Shown one piece after another: positions 45,804 through 56,000 of a stretch of DNA of 64,000 bases. This stretch comes from Candidatus Nanoarchaeia archaeon (lineage in GTDB: Archaea; Nanobdellota; Nanobdellia; SCGC-AAA011-G17; GW2011-AR20): the NCBI GenBank assembly GCA_035288805.1, contig DATDZG010000023.1, forward strand, positions 15,669 through 79,668. The letters are read 5' to 3'. Position numbers and translations under genes: made by a program. The first letter of the stretch is position 1. Every line of letters starts with the position of its first letter. The notes under the pieces were generated by a model that was not told the origin of the DNA, made no database searches, and saw only the letters and a list, made by a program, of their open reading frames with translations.

Positions 45804-46352
45804 ATGAAAATTGAATGGAAAGAAGTTAATATCAAAGGCAGAAAGATAAAAGCTCTCTTAACAATAAAAGAATCTGCAGATAGGGAGCTTCTTAAAGGAT
45901 TATACTTTGATTGGAAAAATGTTAACGACAGGCTAAAAAATATTTCTACAAGGGGGATAAATCTTCCAGAAGCTATAAGTGAAAATGCTTTTGCACTGTT
46001 CTTTCCAGCCTGCATAAGGGTTGTAAAACTTAAAGGAATGAAATGCTCTTTTGACTGCATCAATATAAAAACAGGCTCAAGAATTCAGATTAAAGCTTCG
46101 AGCGTGGCTTCTGATTTAACTTCTTTTGGACCTCGTTCTGAATGGGATGAACTCTTCTTTCTGGATTTTTCAGAAGGTGATGGCTCATTCAAAGTATATG
46201 AAATAAAGCCTGATTGGATTTACAAGCATAAAGTAAATAAGAGCCAAACTTTTGAAGAGCAGCAAAAACAAAACAGAAGACCAAGATTTTCTATAACTGA
46301 AAATATAATAAATTTAAAGAAACTAAAGCCGATAAAAATCTGCAGACTATAA
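45804..46352 (+). CDS. Type II restriction endonuclease, Bsp6I-like
   Basis: RGINLPEAISE, FD..IQIKASS..DLTSFGP, QQ.Q.RRPRFSI; next to Vsr and C5 MTase. Confidence 0.8.
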   Translation: MKIEWKEVNIKGRKIKALLTIKESADRELLKGLYFDWKNVNDRLKNISTRGINLPEAISENAFALFFPACIRVVKLKGMKCSFDCINIKTGSRIQIKASSVASDLTSFGPRSEWDELFFLDFSEGDGSFKVYEIKPDWIYKHKVNKSQTFEEQQKQNRRPRFSITENIINLKKLKPIKICRL

Positions 46353-46702
46353 TGCCCGACACTCTTACTCCCCAGCAAAGAAGTTATTGTATGTCTAAAA
46401 TAAAATCAAAAAATACTTCTTTAGAATTAAGATTAAAAAAGAGTCTGCATAATTTTGAATATCAGCCAAAAATCTTTGGAAACCCAGATTTTATTTATTT
46501 TAAAAAGAAAATCGTTCTATTTATAGACGGGTGTTTTTGGCATATGTGCCCAAAACATTTCATAAAGCCGAAAACCAATAAAAGTTATTGGATGCCAAAA
46601 CTAAAAAGAAATGTGGTCAGAGACAAAGAGATACGCATTGCTTATAAGATTGCTGGCTGGAAAGTAATTAGTGTTTGGGAGCATGAATTAAATAAGCATT
46701 AA
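46352..46702 (+). CDS. vsr: Very short patch repair endonuclease
   Basis: MSKIKSKNT, PD, FIDGCFWH.CP, RD, VWE. Confidence 0.93.
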   Translation: MPDTLTPQQRSYCMSKIKSKNTSLELRLKKSLHNFEYQPKIFGNPDFIYFKKKIVLFIDGCFWHMCPKHFIKPKTNKSYWMPKLKRNVVRDKEIRIAYKIAGWKVISVWEHELNKH

Positions 46703-47684
46703 GTTCCTTGCCCTCAAAACAAGACTCACCCTCTAAAACTTTTCTTATATTCTCAGCAATTCTTGCAACTACAGGCACTGTTACACTATTTCCAGCCTGA
46801 TGATAAAGTTCGCTGTCTGGGAGCTCTTTAGGAAGTATAAATCTTTTTGGAAATCCCTGCAATAAGAAACATTCCCTGGGTGTTAATTTTCTTATTCCTT
46901 TATGATTCTTTATTATCGGAACATTGTGTCCTCCTCTGCCCATGTTTGCAGTAAGAGTAGGAACAACTCCTTTTTTGTTCACTCTAACATACTTTCTTCT
47001 CCATTGGTAAACAGTATGTTCTGAGTTAATATCTTGTTTAATCCTAGCATACAAAGGCTTATCATTATAATAATACTTATCTTCAGCTTCATTCTTTACA
47101 TAATCTCTAAAAGAGTTTGTTAAGGGGATAGGCTTCGGAAAAGAAAAATTGTTAGTTTTATCCTCATCCAAGAAACCAACAATGAATATTCTTTCCCTAT
47201 TTTGAGGGATATTGCCATAAGTCATACTGTTTAGAACTTCTGATTTAATATGATAGCCAAGGTTCTTAAGAATTCTCTCTATAACTAAAAATGTTCTGCC
47301 CTGGTCATGATTTTTTAGGTTTTTAACATTCTCCAAAAAAATAGCTTTTGGTTTCTTCACCTTCAATATTTCAGCAATCCTAAAGAAAAGGTTTCCTCCG
47401 ACTTTTTCATCCTTGAAACCTCCCCGATATCCTGCGATACTAAACGCCTGGCAGGGAAACCCTGCAAGAAGCACATCAAAATCAGGCAATTCAGGAATAT
47501 CAATCTTATTTATATCTTCATTATTAAGTTTTGCACTCTCAAAATTTAAATCATAAGTCAATTTGCAGTTCTTATCTTGGTCATTAGCAAAGATAGTGGT
47601 AAATCCCTGCTCCTCAAAACCTAACCTCACACCTCCAACACCAGCAAAGAAATCTGCAGTTCTAAATCCCTCTCTTTCTACCAT
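46668..47684 (-). CDS. DNA (cytosine-5) methyltransferase
   Basis: FAGVGG, GFPCQAFS, ENV, PQNRERIF, QAGNSV. Confidence 0.96.
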   Translation of the reverse strand: MVEREGFRTADFFAGVGGVRLGFEEQGFTTIFANDQDKNCKLTYDLNFESAKLNNEDINKIDIPELPDFDVLLAGFPCQAFSIAGYRGGFKDEKVGGNLFFRIAEILKVKKPKAIFLENVKNLKNHDQGRTFLVIERILKNLGYHIKSEVLNSMTYGNIPQNRERIFIVGFLDEDKTNNFSFPKPIPLTNSFRDYVKNEAEDKYYYNDKPLYARIKQDINSEHTVYQWRRKYVRVNKKGVVPTLTANMGRGGHNVPIIKNHKGIRKLTPRECFLLQGFPKRFILPKELPDSELYHQAGNSVTVPVVARIAENIRKVLEGESCFEGKELNAYLIHAPKH

Positions 47685-47706
47685 TTAAACATATAATATC
47701 TATCTG

Positions 47707-47810
47707 TTTATAAATCTGACCCAGGCGTCTGTCGTCTGTCTGTTGTTTAAGAAATATATTTCACAAAATATATTTCTTAGACGCCAAATTCCAAAGGAAT
47801 TTAAGCGTTC
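47707..47810. repeat. E-family copy, AT hairpin and half copy of family A
   Basis: tgtcgtctgtctgttgttt; aagaaatatatt..aatatatttctt; acgccaaattccaaaggaatttaagcgtt (47781-47809). Confidence 0.7.
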
Positions 47811-47849
47811 ATAAAATTTTAGTGTTTTCTAGGATATAAACAAATCATT

Positions 47850-50447
47850 CTAATCAAACTGTCCAGTCGTCTTTCTAATCAAGCTCCCACCCAATAATCC
47901 AACAACGAATATAACCAGCCCAGCAATAATAATTTCCAACCAGTCAATCAAAGGCAATCCAACAACCCCAAAATACTTGGATAAAACGGTATACAACAAA
48001 ACAAATTGAAGTCCAACACTAACAACAATAGCCAAAATCAAATGCTTATTAGAAAACATTCCCAATCCATATTGGCTTCTTATAATCTGCAATCTCACCA
48101 TCTCAAAAACAACAATAGCTGTAAATGCCATAGTCTGAGCTTTAACCCCATCCTCAATATTATACCAAAATAATCCTAAAACAACAACAGTCAACAAAAC
48201 ACCAATAAACATAATATTCAATCCAAGATTCTTTGAAATAATCCTCTCTTCAGGGTCTCGAGGTTTTCTCTCCATAATCCCTTTCATAACAGGGTCAACA
48301 CCCAAAGCTAAAGCAGGCAAACCATCGGTAACCAAATTAATCCATAGTAAATGTATCGCAATAAAAGGTATTATTATCTCACTATTAAACTTAAACCCAA
48401 TTAAAATAGCAAAAAATATAATCAAAACCTCAGCAAGATTACAGCTCAATAAATAATTAATAAACTTCTTAATATTATCATAAATCCCTCTGCCTTCTTC
48501 AACAGCAGCAACAATAGATGCAAAATTATCATCAAGCAAAACCATATCGCAGGCTTCCTTGGCAACATCAGTTCCAGAACCAACAGCAATCCCAATATCA
48601 GCCCTCTTCAAAGCAGGCGCATCGTTCACCCCATCACCAGTCATCGCAACAATATGCCCATTACTTTTCAAAGCCTCCAAAATCTTCACTTTATGTCCAG
48701 GGTTAACACGAGCAAAAACATTAACCCTTCTAACTCTATCCCTAAACACCTCAATACCAATCTTATCAATCTCCTCTCCAGTCATCGCCTCCCCATCAAG
48801 TCCAATATTCTTAGCAATTGCAAGAGCAGTTAGCTTATGGTCCCCAGTAATCATCACAACCCTTATCCCAGCTTTTTTGCAAGTCAAAATAGCGTCCTTA
48901 ACTTCACTCCTTTCAGGGTCAATCATCCCCATCAATCCAAGAAAAACCAATTCGCTGTCTTCTTTATCAAAAGCCAGCCCAATCACTCTTAAAGCACTCC
49001 CAGCCATCTGCTCGTTAACAAGAAGCAAATGCTTTCTTTCACTCGGAGTAATAACTTTATACCTTCCATTCTCATAGACATACTTGCATTTGTTAATCAA
49101 CAGTTCAGGTGCAGACTTAACAAATCTGTATCTCTTTCTTCCAACCATATTAAAAGTAGTCATCGTCTTGCTCTCAGAAGTAAAAGGAATCTCCTTAATC
49201 CTCTCATAATCCAAATTAACTCCTGCTTTCTTTGCAGCAATCAATAAAGCAAGATCAGTAGGGTCCCCCCTTACAGTTCCATCTTCATAAACAGAAGAAT
49301 TATTGCATAATTTCGCACAAAGCATAAGCATCTCAATCTCTTTAACATTAATCTTCTTGCCATGATTTGTAAACTCTCCTTCTAATCTATACCCCTCGCC
49401 AGAAACATCAATCATTTTATCATTAGCATAAATCTTCTTAACAGTCATCTGATTTTTGGTTAAAGTTCCTGTCTTATCAGCACATATAACAGTTGTACTT
49501 CCTAAAGTTTCAACAGAATTTAATTTTCTAACCAAAACATTTTTCTTAAGCATCTTCTGCACACCCAAAGCCAAAGTAATAGTTACAATAGCAGGAAGAC
49601 CTTCAGGTATAGCAGCAACAGCCAAACTCACAGCAACCAAAAACCCATCAAACAGTTCATGCCCTCTCAAAACAAAAATTCCAAAAATAACCAATATCAA
49701 AAGTGTAACAGCAATACTAATCTTCTTCCCAAGTTGTTCTAACTTAATCTCAAGAGGAATTTTCTTATCAGTTTGCTCTTGAAGCATTTTGGCAATATTA
49801 CCCATCTCAGTTTTCATCCCAGTTGAAATCACAATTGCTTTCCCTTTACCAGCAACCACAATTGTTCCAGAAAACAGCATGTTCTTCCTATCTGCAACCT
49901 CCTTCCCGCCTTTCAACAAACAAACCTCTTTTTCAACAGGCACACTCTCCCCAGTCAATAAGCTCTCATCAACTCTTACCTCCAAAGAATCTAATAAATA
50001 ACAGTCAGCAATAATCTTCTTCCCAGCTTCAAAAACAAATACATCTCCAGGAACAACATCTTCAGAATCAACATCGACAAGTTTATTGTCTCTAAGAACA
50101 GCTGCCTTAGGACTTGAAAGTTTTTGCAATAATTCTATTGACTTTTCAGCTTTAAACTCTTGAAAAAATCCAAGAGCAGCGTTCAAAATAATTATAGCTC
50201 CAATAACAACAGCATCAACCCACCCCCCGATAATCAGACTTAAAATCAGGGCAGCAATCATGATATAAACAATAAAACTTTTAAACTGCCTAAGAAATAT
50301 TTTTATCCAGTTAAATTTGTTAGTTCTTTCCAGAACATTCTTTCCATAAACAATTAATCTTTTGCCAGCTTCCTCGCTTGATAATCCATTTATAGAACTA
50401 TGAACCTGCTCCAAAACCTGGTTGGGCGGCAAATTGTAAACAGCCAT
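47850..50447 (-). CDS. P-type (P2, Ca2+-like) cation-transporting ATPase
   Basis: TGES, IPEGLP, DKTGTLT, TGD, GDGVND. Confidence 0.96.
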   Translation of the reverse strand: MAVYNLPPNQVLEQVHSSINGLSSEEAGKRLIVYGKNVLERTNKFNWIKIFLRQFKSFIVYIMIAALILSLIIGGWVDAVVIGAIIILNAALGFFQEFKAEKSIELLQKLSSPKAAVLRDNKLVDVDSEDVVPGDVFVFEAGKKIIADCYLLDSLEVRVDESLLTGESVPVEKEVCLLKGGKEVADRKNMLFSGTIVVAGKGKAIVISTGMKTEMGNIAKMLQEQTDKKIPLEIKLEQLGKKISIAVTLLILVIFGIFVLRGHELFDGFLVAVSLAVAAIPEGLPAIVTITLALGVQKMLKKNVLVRKLNSVETLGSTTVICADKTGTLTKNQMTVKKIYANDKMIDVSGEGYRLEGEFTNHGKKINVKEIEMLMLCAKLCNNSSVYEDGTVRGDPTDLALLIAAKKAGVNLDYERIKEIPFTSESKTMTTFNMVGRKRYRFVKSAPELLINKCKYVYENGRYKVITPSERKHLLLVNEQMAGSALRVIGLAFDKEDSELVFLGLMGMIDPERSEVKDAILTCKKAGIRVVMITGDHKLTALAIAKNIGLDGEAMTGEEIDKIGIEVFRDRVRRVNVFARVNPGHKVKILEALKSNGHIVAMTGDGVNDAPALKRADIGIAVGSGTDVAKEACDMVLLDDNFASIVAAVEEGRGIYDNIKKFINYLLSCNLAEVLIIFFAILIGFKFNSEIIIPFIAIHLLWINLVTDGLPALALGVDPVMKGIMERKPRDPEERIISKNLGLNIMFIGVLLTVVVLGLFWYNIEDGVKAQTMAFTAIVVFEMVRLQIIRSQYGLGMFSNKHLILAIVVSVGLQFVLLYTVLSKYFGVVGLPLIDWLEIIIAGLVIFVVGLLGGSLIRKTTGQFD

Positions 50448-50528
50448 CTCTCAACTAAAGAAAAGTGCTATTTAAATCTTGTTCTTTCCAAAGGCTTTTA
50501 CATTCTTAGTTTCTTTTGCCTTAAGTAT

Positions 50529-50648
50529 TTTTTCTATCTGCTTTTTCTTTTCCCAATGGTTTTTCTATCTGCTTTTTCTTTTCCCAAGGGTTTTTCTATC
50601 TGCTTTTTCTTTTCCCAAGGGTTTTCTTTTTGCAAAAAGAAAAGGCTT
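50529..50648 (+). repeat. Three tandem 31-bp units ending in a D palindrome
   Basis: tttttctatctgctttttcttttcccaa(t/g)gg x3, then ttttctttttgcaaaaagaaaagg. Confidence 0.85.
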
Positions 50649-51282
50649 ATATGAATCTTCTCATAAAAGCCGAATAATTCCTCTTCAGAGAATAACCAAG
50701 AGCAATAAAAACCAATGAAAATCCAGCTGTAATCAGTAATATTCTTAAAAAAATAGCGAAGAAAAATTCTCTTGGAAACATCATTATCAAATTGCTATTC
50801 CCAGGCAGCAGCCATAGCTCATTATCAAAACTAAATAAATGAAATTCAGTAAACAGCCAGCTAAAGTTAAATAACGCAATTGCCGCAGCAATCAGCACAA
50901 TACAAAGAGTAATCACTCCTGAAAAAATAAAATCATACGATATATCTTTTTTCTCAACAAGTAAATAAATCAAAATCAAAAAAGAAGCTCCCAAAGCAAG
51001 ATAAAAAACTCCAAAAGCATTATCCAAAATTCCTTTAACATCCCCAAGATGCTTTTTCTCATTCAAAGTAAAAAAACCGGTTTTCAATTCATTATTCCCT
51101 TGAAAATAACCCATAAGCTCATTAAAATTATTATTAACATTCTCCCTGCCTAATCTCTCATAACCCCCATTCTTCTCGAATTGGTTAAAATAAAACTCTT
51201 TATCAAAATACATTATTGAAAAACTGGAAAGAAAAATAATTAATACCAAACTTAAAATAAACAGCCAATGTAAAATTCTCAT
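50647..51282 (-). CDS. DUF1461/TIGR01906 (Lit-like) membrane protein
   Basis: EKKHLGDVK, FTEFHLFSFDNELW, LIMMFPREFF. Confidence 0.85.
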   Translation of the reverse strand: MRILHWLFILSLVLIIFLSSFSIMYFDKEFYFNQFEKNGGYERLGRENVNNNFNELMGYFQGNNELKTGFFTLNEKKHLGDVKGILDNAFGVFYLALGASFLILIYLLVEKKDISYDFIFSGVITLCIVLIAAAIALFNFSWLFTEFHLFSFDNELWLLPGNSNLIMMFPREFFFAIFLRILLITAGFSLVFIALGYSLKRNYSAFMRRFI

Positions 51283-51319
51283 ATCATTTAAAAAGTGTAT
51301 AGAAATAAAAGCTTTGTTA

Positions 51320-51706
51320 TTATTCACTTATCAATGCACATCCAGAAACCTGTGATAAAACTTCCAAACTCTGAGGTCCTTCCAAAAACTTCCATTCAGG
51401 AGTAATCCATGTAGGATAACCTTTAATCCCAACCCTATCGCATTCTTTTGGATTTCCTCCAGATCCTCGAGCATCGCATTCAATATAAGTAATGTATTTA
51501 TAAGAACTCCCAAACAATTTCTTCTGCTCCAAACAATGAGGGCACCAATAAGCCCCATACTCTTTAAACCCTTTCTCAGTCAAACACTTGGCAAAATCAT
51601 CATATTTTCCATCTCCAAAAGAATTCTTAACAACCGCAATTGTAATAATAGATAAAAAGAATATTACAACAATAAAAAGGATAATCCAAGTGCCTCTTCC
51701 AGCCAT
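51320..51706 (-). CDS. Membrane-anchored thioredoxin-like protein
   Basis: YGAYWCPHC..QKKLFG, YIEC, GIKGYPTW. Confidence 0.88.
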   Translation of the reverse strand: MAGRGTWIILFIVVIFFLSIITIAVVKNSFGDGKYDDFAKCLTEKGFKEYGAYWCPHCLEQKKLFGSSYKYITYIECDARGSGGNPKECDRVGIKGYPTWITPEWKFLEGPQSLEVLSQVSGCALISE

Positions 51707-51750
51707 CACTCTAAGAGAAAAAAGAGGTATATAAACATTGTTCTTTTACC

Positions 51751-53034
51751 TCAGGATTTATGTCTATATCTAAAATAAATCCCTATTATAACAATAAGCA
51801 AAACTAAAATTCCCAAAAATACCCAAAGGCTTGTTTTTCCAGATACAGCAGCCTCGCCAGAAAGAAGTGTTGTAGTACTCCCTTCTAATCTCGCTTTTGT
51901 TTCCTCAGCAGCCAAAGCTTTCGCCCCTTCCTCAAGTTTATTAAATTTCAGGTTAGCACTTTGACCCAAAACTCCCAGCAGAGTAACACTCATATCATTC
52001 AACCCATCATCATTCAAATCAACATTAACAGTCTCACCGATTTTAACAACTATAGTTTTTGGAGTTGACTGAATAATTAAAGTCACGCTATCTTCTTGAA
52101 CATTGCTCAACGTAACAGTATGTTTAGTCACCCCATCAAAGCTCAAACTCAATACTTGTCCAGAAAGAGTTTTGAAAGTAAGCTCATCAAGCGAGGAAAA
52201 ATCAATATCAAACCCAGTATCTTCTTCTGCTTTCGCTTCTCCACTCGCACTTCCGCCTCCTCCACCCCCACTGCTCCCTCCTGCTGCACCAGCAACAGTG
52301 GTAGTAGTAACAGGATTAAGATTGGTCACACTGCCAGCACTGCTGTCAGAAGTTGTAACAGAACCAGTAGCACCAGAAGCAGTGATAGTGTAAGTGCAAT
52401 GATTATTGCCCATAAGCACCTTCCATGTGTGGCTTCCTTGATTATTATGATTCAATGCTCCAATAGAAACACTGTTGCTTTCCCCTGATTTCAAATTGCA
52501 ATTATCAACATCAGCCTCTACAGTTACACCATCAAGATTTCCTCCAGCAGTAACACTTGCCTGCAAGTCAAATTCATCATTTTGATTTCCAGAACTTAAA
52601 GAAGAACTAATAGCCAAAGTCTTGATATCAACAACATTAACAGTCGTATCAACAACAAATGTATCAATAACTCCATCTAGGTTGATATTATCAAACATCT
52701 TCAAACCCGCAACATTTGGTGTTAATCCTGTGAAACTAACAACAGTAGAAGCACCAGCACTAACGCTTGTTTCAAACCCACTTCCAGAATAACTGGAACT
52801 TTCAAGCCAGTTTCCTTCAGGGTACAGAACAGGAGAGTTCAAATTAGCTGTTGATTGATCTGGGTTATTAACAGTGGCTTGGCAAGAAATAGAAACAAGA
52901 TTGTCCACGACAACAGTTCCTATCTGGTCGTTGCAGGAAAAAGCTGTAACCTGTAAAGACCCTTCAACAAATCCAGGAAGAAAAAGCACAGCTAGAAAAA
53001 CAAATACAAATCCCAGCACATATCTTTTTTCCAT
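51751..53034 (-). CDS. Cell-surface protein with C-terminal TM anchor
   Basis: Signal peptide, Ig-like beta domains, Gly/Ser linker, DLNDDG loop, TM. Confidence 0.8.
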   Translation of the reverse strand: MEKRYVLGFVFVFLAVLFLPGFVEGSLQVTAFSCNDQIGTVVVDNLVSISCQATVNNPDQSTANLNSPVLYPEGNWLESSSYSGSGFETSVSAGASTVVSFTGLTPNVAGLKMFDNINLDGVIDTFVVDTTVNVVDIKTLAISSSLSSGNQNDEFDLQASVTAGGNLDGVTVEADVDNCNLKSGESNSVSIGALNHNNQGSHTWKVLMGNNHCTYTITASGATGSVTTSDSSAGSVTNLNPVTTTTVAGAAGGSSGGGGGGSASGEAKAEEDTGFDIDFSSLDELTFKTLSGQVLSLSFDGVTKHTVTLSNVQEDSVTLIIQSTPKTIVVKIGETVNVDLNDDGLNDMSVTLLGVLGQSANLKFNKLEEGAKALAAEETKARLEGSTTTLLSGEAAVSGKTSLWVFLGILVLLIVIIGIYFRYRHKS

Positions 53035-53035
53035 C

Positions 53036-56000
53036 TTAAATACTCGTCGTATTGCTCACATTGAGCTGGATAAGCCGTATTTCTGTAGTATTCCTGTTTG
53101 CTGCTTTATCCGTCAATGTAACATTGTAAAAGTAACCCACCCCTGTAAGATTAGCAACCAAAGACGTCCAATTAAAAGTCCTAGTTGCTGTAGTAAGAAT
53201 AGTTTGATTAACAAGCGTGTGATTATTATAAAATAAACTGAAAGTAATATTCGCTTCATTCACCTCAGTAACATTAACAGAGGCATAAATCCATGTTCGG
53301 TTATACATCGTATTGTTTCCAGAAGTGGTGTTCCCATTAAAAGATATCACCGGGAGTATTGTATCAAATGTAACATTTCTCGTAGGACTGGAAACATTGG
53401 TTCCATTCCCTACAATGCCTGTAACATTGTAATAATAAAGAGTGTTGTTATTTGTAAGATACCATATAAGCGAAGAGGTGGTGCTTGTAACAGTCGTGCT
53501 GTTCAGGACAGCATGTGTGGAATTATATAACCGATAAGTAAGATTAGCAATTCCATTTCCAACACTCAGGTTTACCACAAACGAATTGGCGTTTATATAA
53601 GAATTATTCGCAAGTTGGGAAGAAGTAAACTGCATCGTTATATTGGTAGTATTGCTCGTAGAGTTCATTTCGATAATCCTGTACAAGGCTACAGTATTGT
53701 AATCATCATCATAACAGTTGTAGATAACAGAATAATCTTGGTCAGTAGTCAATATATTTCCAACGCCTTGCAAGTTGAAAGAATGATTCACCCCTCCTGT
53801 AGATAACCCAGGATATGGATGAGAGAAATAATGATAATTGTAAAACGTTCCATTGTAAAGGGTTTTATTGCATGTGCCAACTAAATTAGTATTGTTTGCT
53901 CCAACATTATCTGTATTTCCGCAATAATTTGCATAATAAGCATCATAGCTCTGGAAAACATAAGTGCAGGTAGCAGCTTCATTAGTAACAGCATTCAGAT
54001 AAAGGCTGCTCGAATTAACCTTATACCCATTGTACGGAGGAGCAACAAGGGTTAGATTTGGCGTAGTATTATCTTTAGCATAGAAATAACCTGTCTTTAA
54101 AGTGCTGGTTCCTAAGCTTCCTCTGACATTCACCCTAATAGCATGCTCTCCTCTGCTCCAGCTTCCTGAATTGAGAATACGAATGACCTGTCTGTTATCT
54201 GTTTTATTCGCAGAATTGCTCCATCCAACAGAAGAATACACCCTGCAATATTCACTATAACATCCAGGGTTATAAGCGTGCTGCACAGAAACCACGCTAA
54301 AATCCTGGTTCTGTCCTGAATTATTCTGTGCACCAACAGTAAAAGAAGCATTAGAATTAAATCCAACATAATATCCCCAAAAATTGCTTTCATTATAGTT
54401 ATCAAAATATCCTGTATAAGAAGCTCTCACTCTAAACCACGGTGCTGATTCTGCAGTTTTTGAATTAAGATTATTAGCATCACTAAGAACAAAGGTAAGG
54501 TAATGATATTCTTCACCCCATCCACCAGAAGGAACATGAACAGTCACATTCTGGCTGCTTGTTATCTTACAGCTAGAAGAGCTTGTCGAGGTGCAGTTCC
54601 CGATAGTAAATTGATAGTCTATGGTGTTCGGCCAAATCGTTTCATATACCCTAGTCAAATTTCCCGATGTGCTTCCCCCTCCAACAGGATTAGTTAAAGT
54701 AACAGGGATAGTTACATTTTGGGTCTGAGTAATAGCATCCTGGCTAGTCACTGTCCCAAAAGCAGTGCTGAATAAAGCAGCTCTAAAAGAAATCCAAACA
54801 TTCTTGCTTGTGTTTGTAGTATTATCATAAACCACGGCAACAAGATTTCCCCACCCGGGTATCCATCCTTGTGACAAAGGTGCAATACTCAAATTAGCAC
54901 TTCCGTTAAAGGTTATTGGATTATAATTCGTAACCGAAGTTCTGCTCCTCGAATTATAATCCCATGATTCCTGGTAAATCTCAGTGACAGTATAATTTCC
55001 CCACACAATGCTGTTGTTGCTCCAATCAGGATCCCGCACACTCAAAATCCCGCTTATATTATTAGAAGTCCCAATTGTATAACTGTCAGTAACATAATCA
55101 ACTCTAAACGACTGAACATTAAACCAAATATATCCTGTTGAAGTTTCGTTATCATCATTTATTAAGACCATGCTCCCATAATAATACCCAGAAGGCCACG
55201 TTCCTGAAGAATGATTCAAAGAAACAATTCTGCTGTAATTAATTGTAGTATGTGTTGCATTAGTCACATTAAAATCCGCAGGATACTTTAACTCCGTATA
55301 TGTATAATCGGTATCGCTCCATCTATTCAGCTTAATATCTTTTACAGTAGTATTAACATAATCAGTAATCCCTGTAGTAACATTATGCGTGTAGCCGTTT
55401 TTATAACCTTTCGTAGTGGTTATTAAAAAATGCACAGGTCCAGATCCTTTATGATTATATTTATAAGCCCCCTTAATATCGACAGGCTGTGTATTGACAT
55501 AAAAAGCAATTGTATTAAACCATCCATACCCGGTCTCTGTTCCGTTAAGGTCTAGCACAACATTATAATACCCGCTGTTCCACGTCCCATTAAGGTTTGT
55601 AATGTTCAGCAAATAACCTGAATGACCTGTTTTAGTCGCACTGCTATACCATGGGCTTGAAGCATTAACATTGATTACGGTAGCGTTATACGTATTCTTA
55701 TCCATCTCACGTGCAGGATAACTGCTATAGTCCATAATCTTCTTGACGGTAACTGTAATATTGCTTTTATCATTCACGAGTGCAGATCCTCCAGATGTCC
55801 ACCCATAATCACCTGCACTAGTAATCCTCACATAGAGTGTAACATTCTGCTTAGAACCAAAATAGCTCTTATAATCAAATCCACTGGAAGTAAGCTCAAC
55901 AGGGCTTGCATAACTATCCCAATTTCTAACCTCGAACCATGCCTGCCCAAAATCAGTATTTCCTCCACTCTCTGTTCCTCTAAGTACAACACTATAACTT

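Noticed and set aside
50529..50621. Possible CRISPR array
   Set aside because: Units are directly tandem with no unique spacers, and there are no cas genes
50400..50718. ORFs with FSICFFFSQ / LSAFSFPK repeats
   Set aside because: Translations of the non-coding 31-bp tandem repeat
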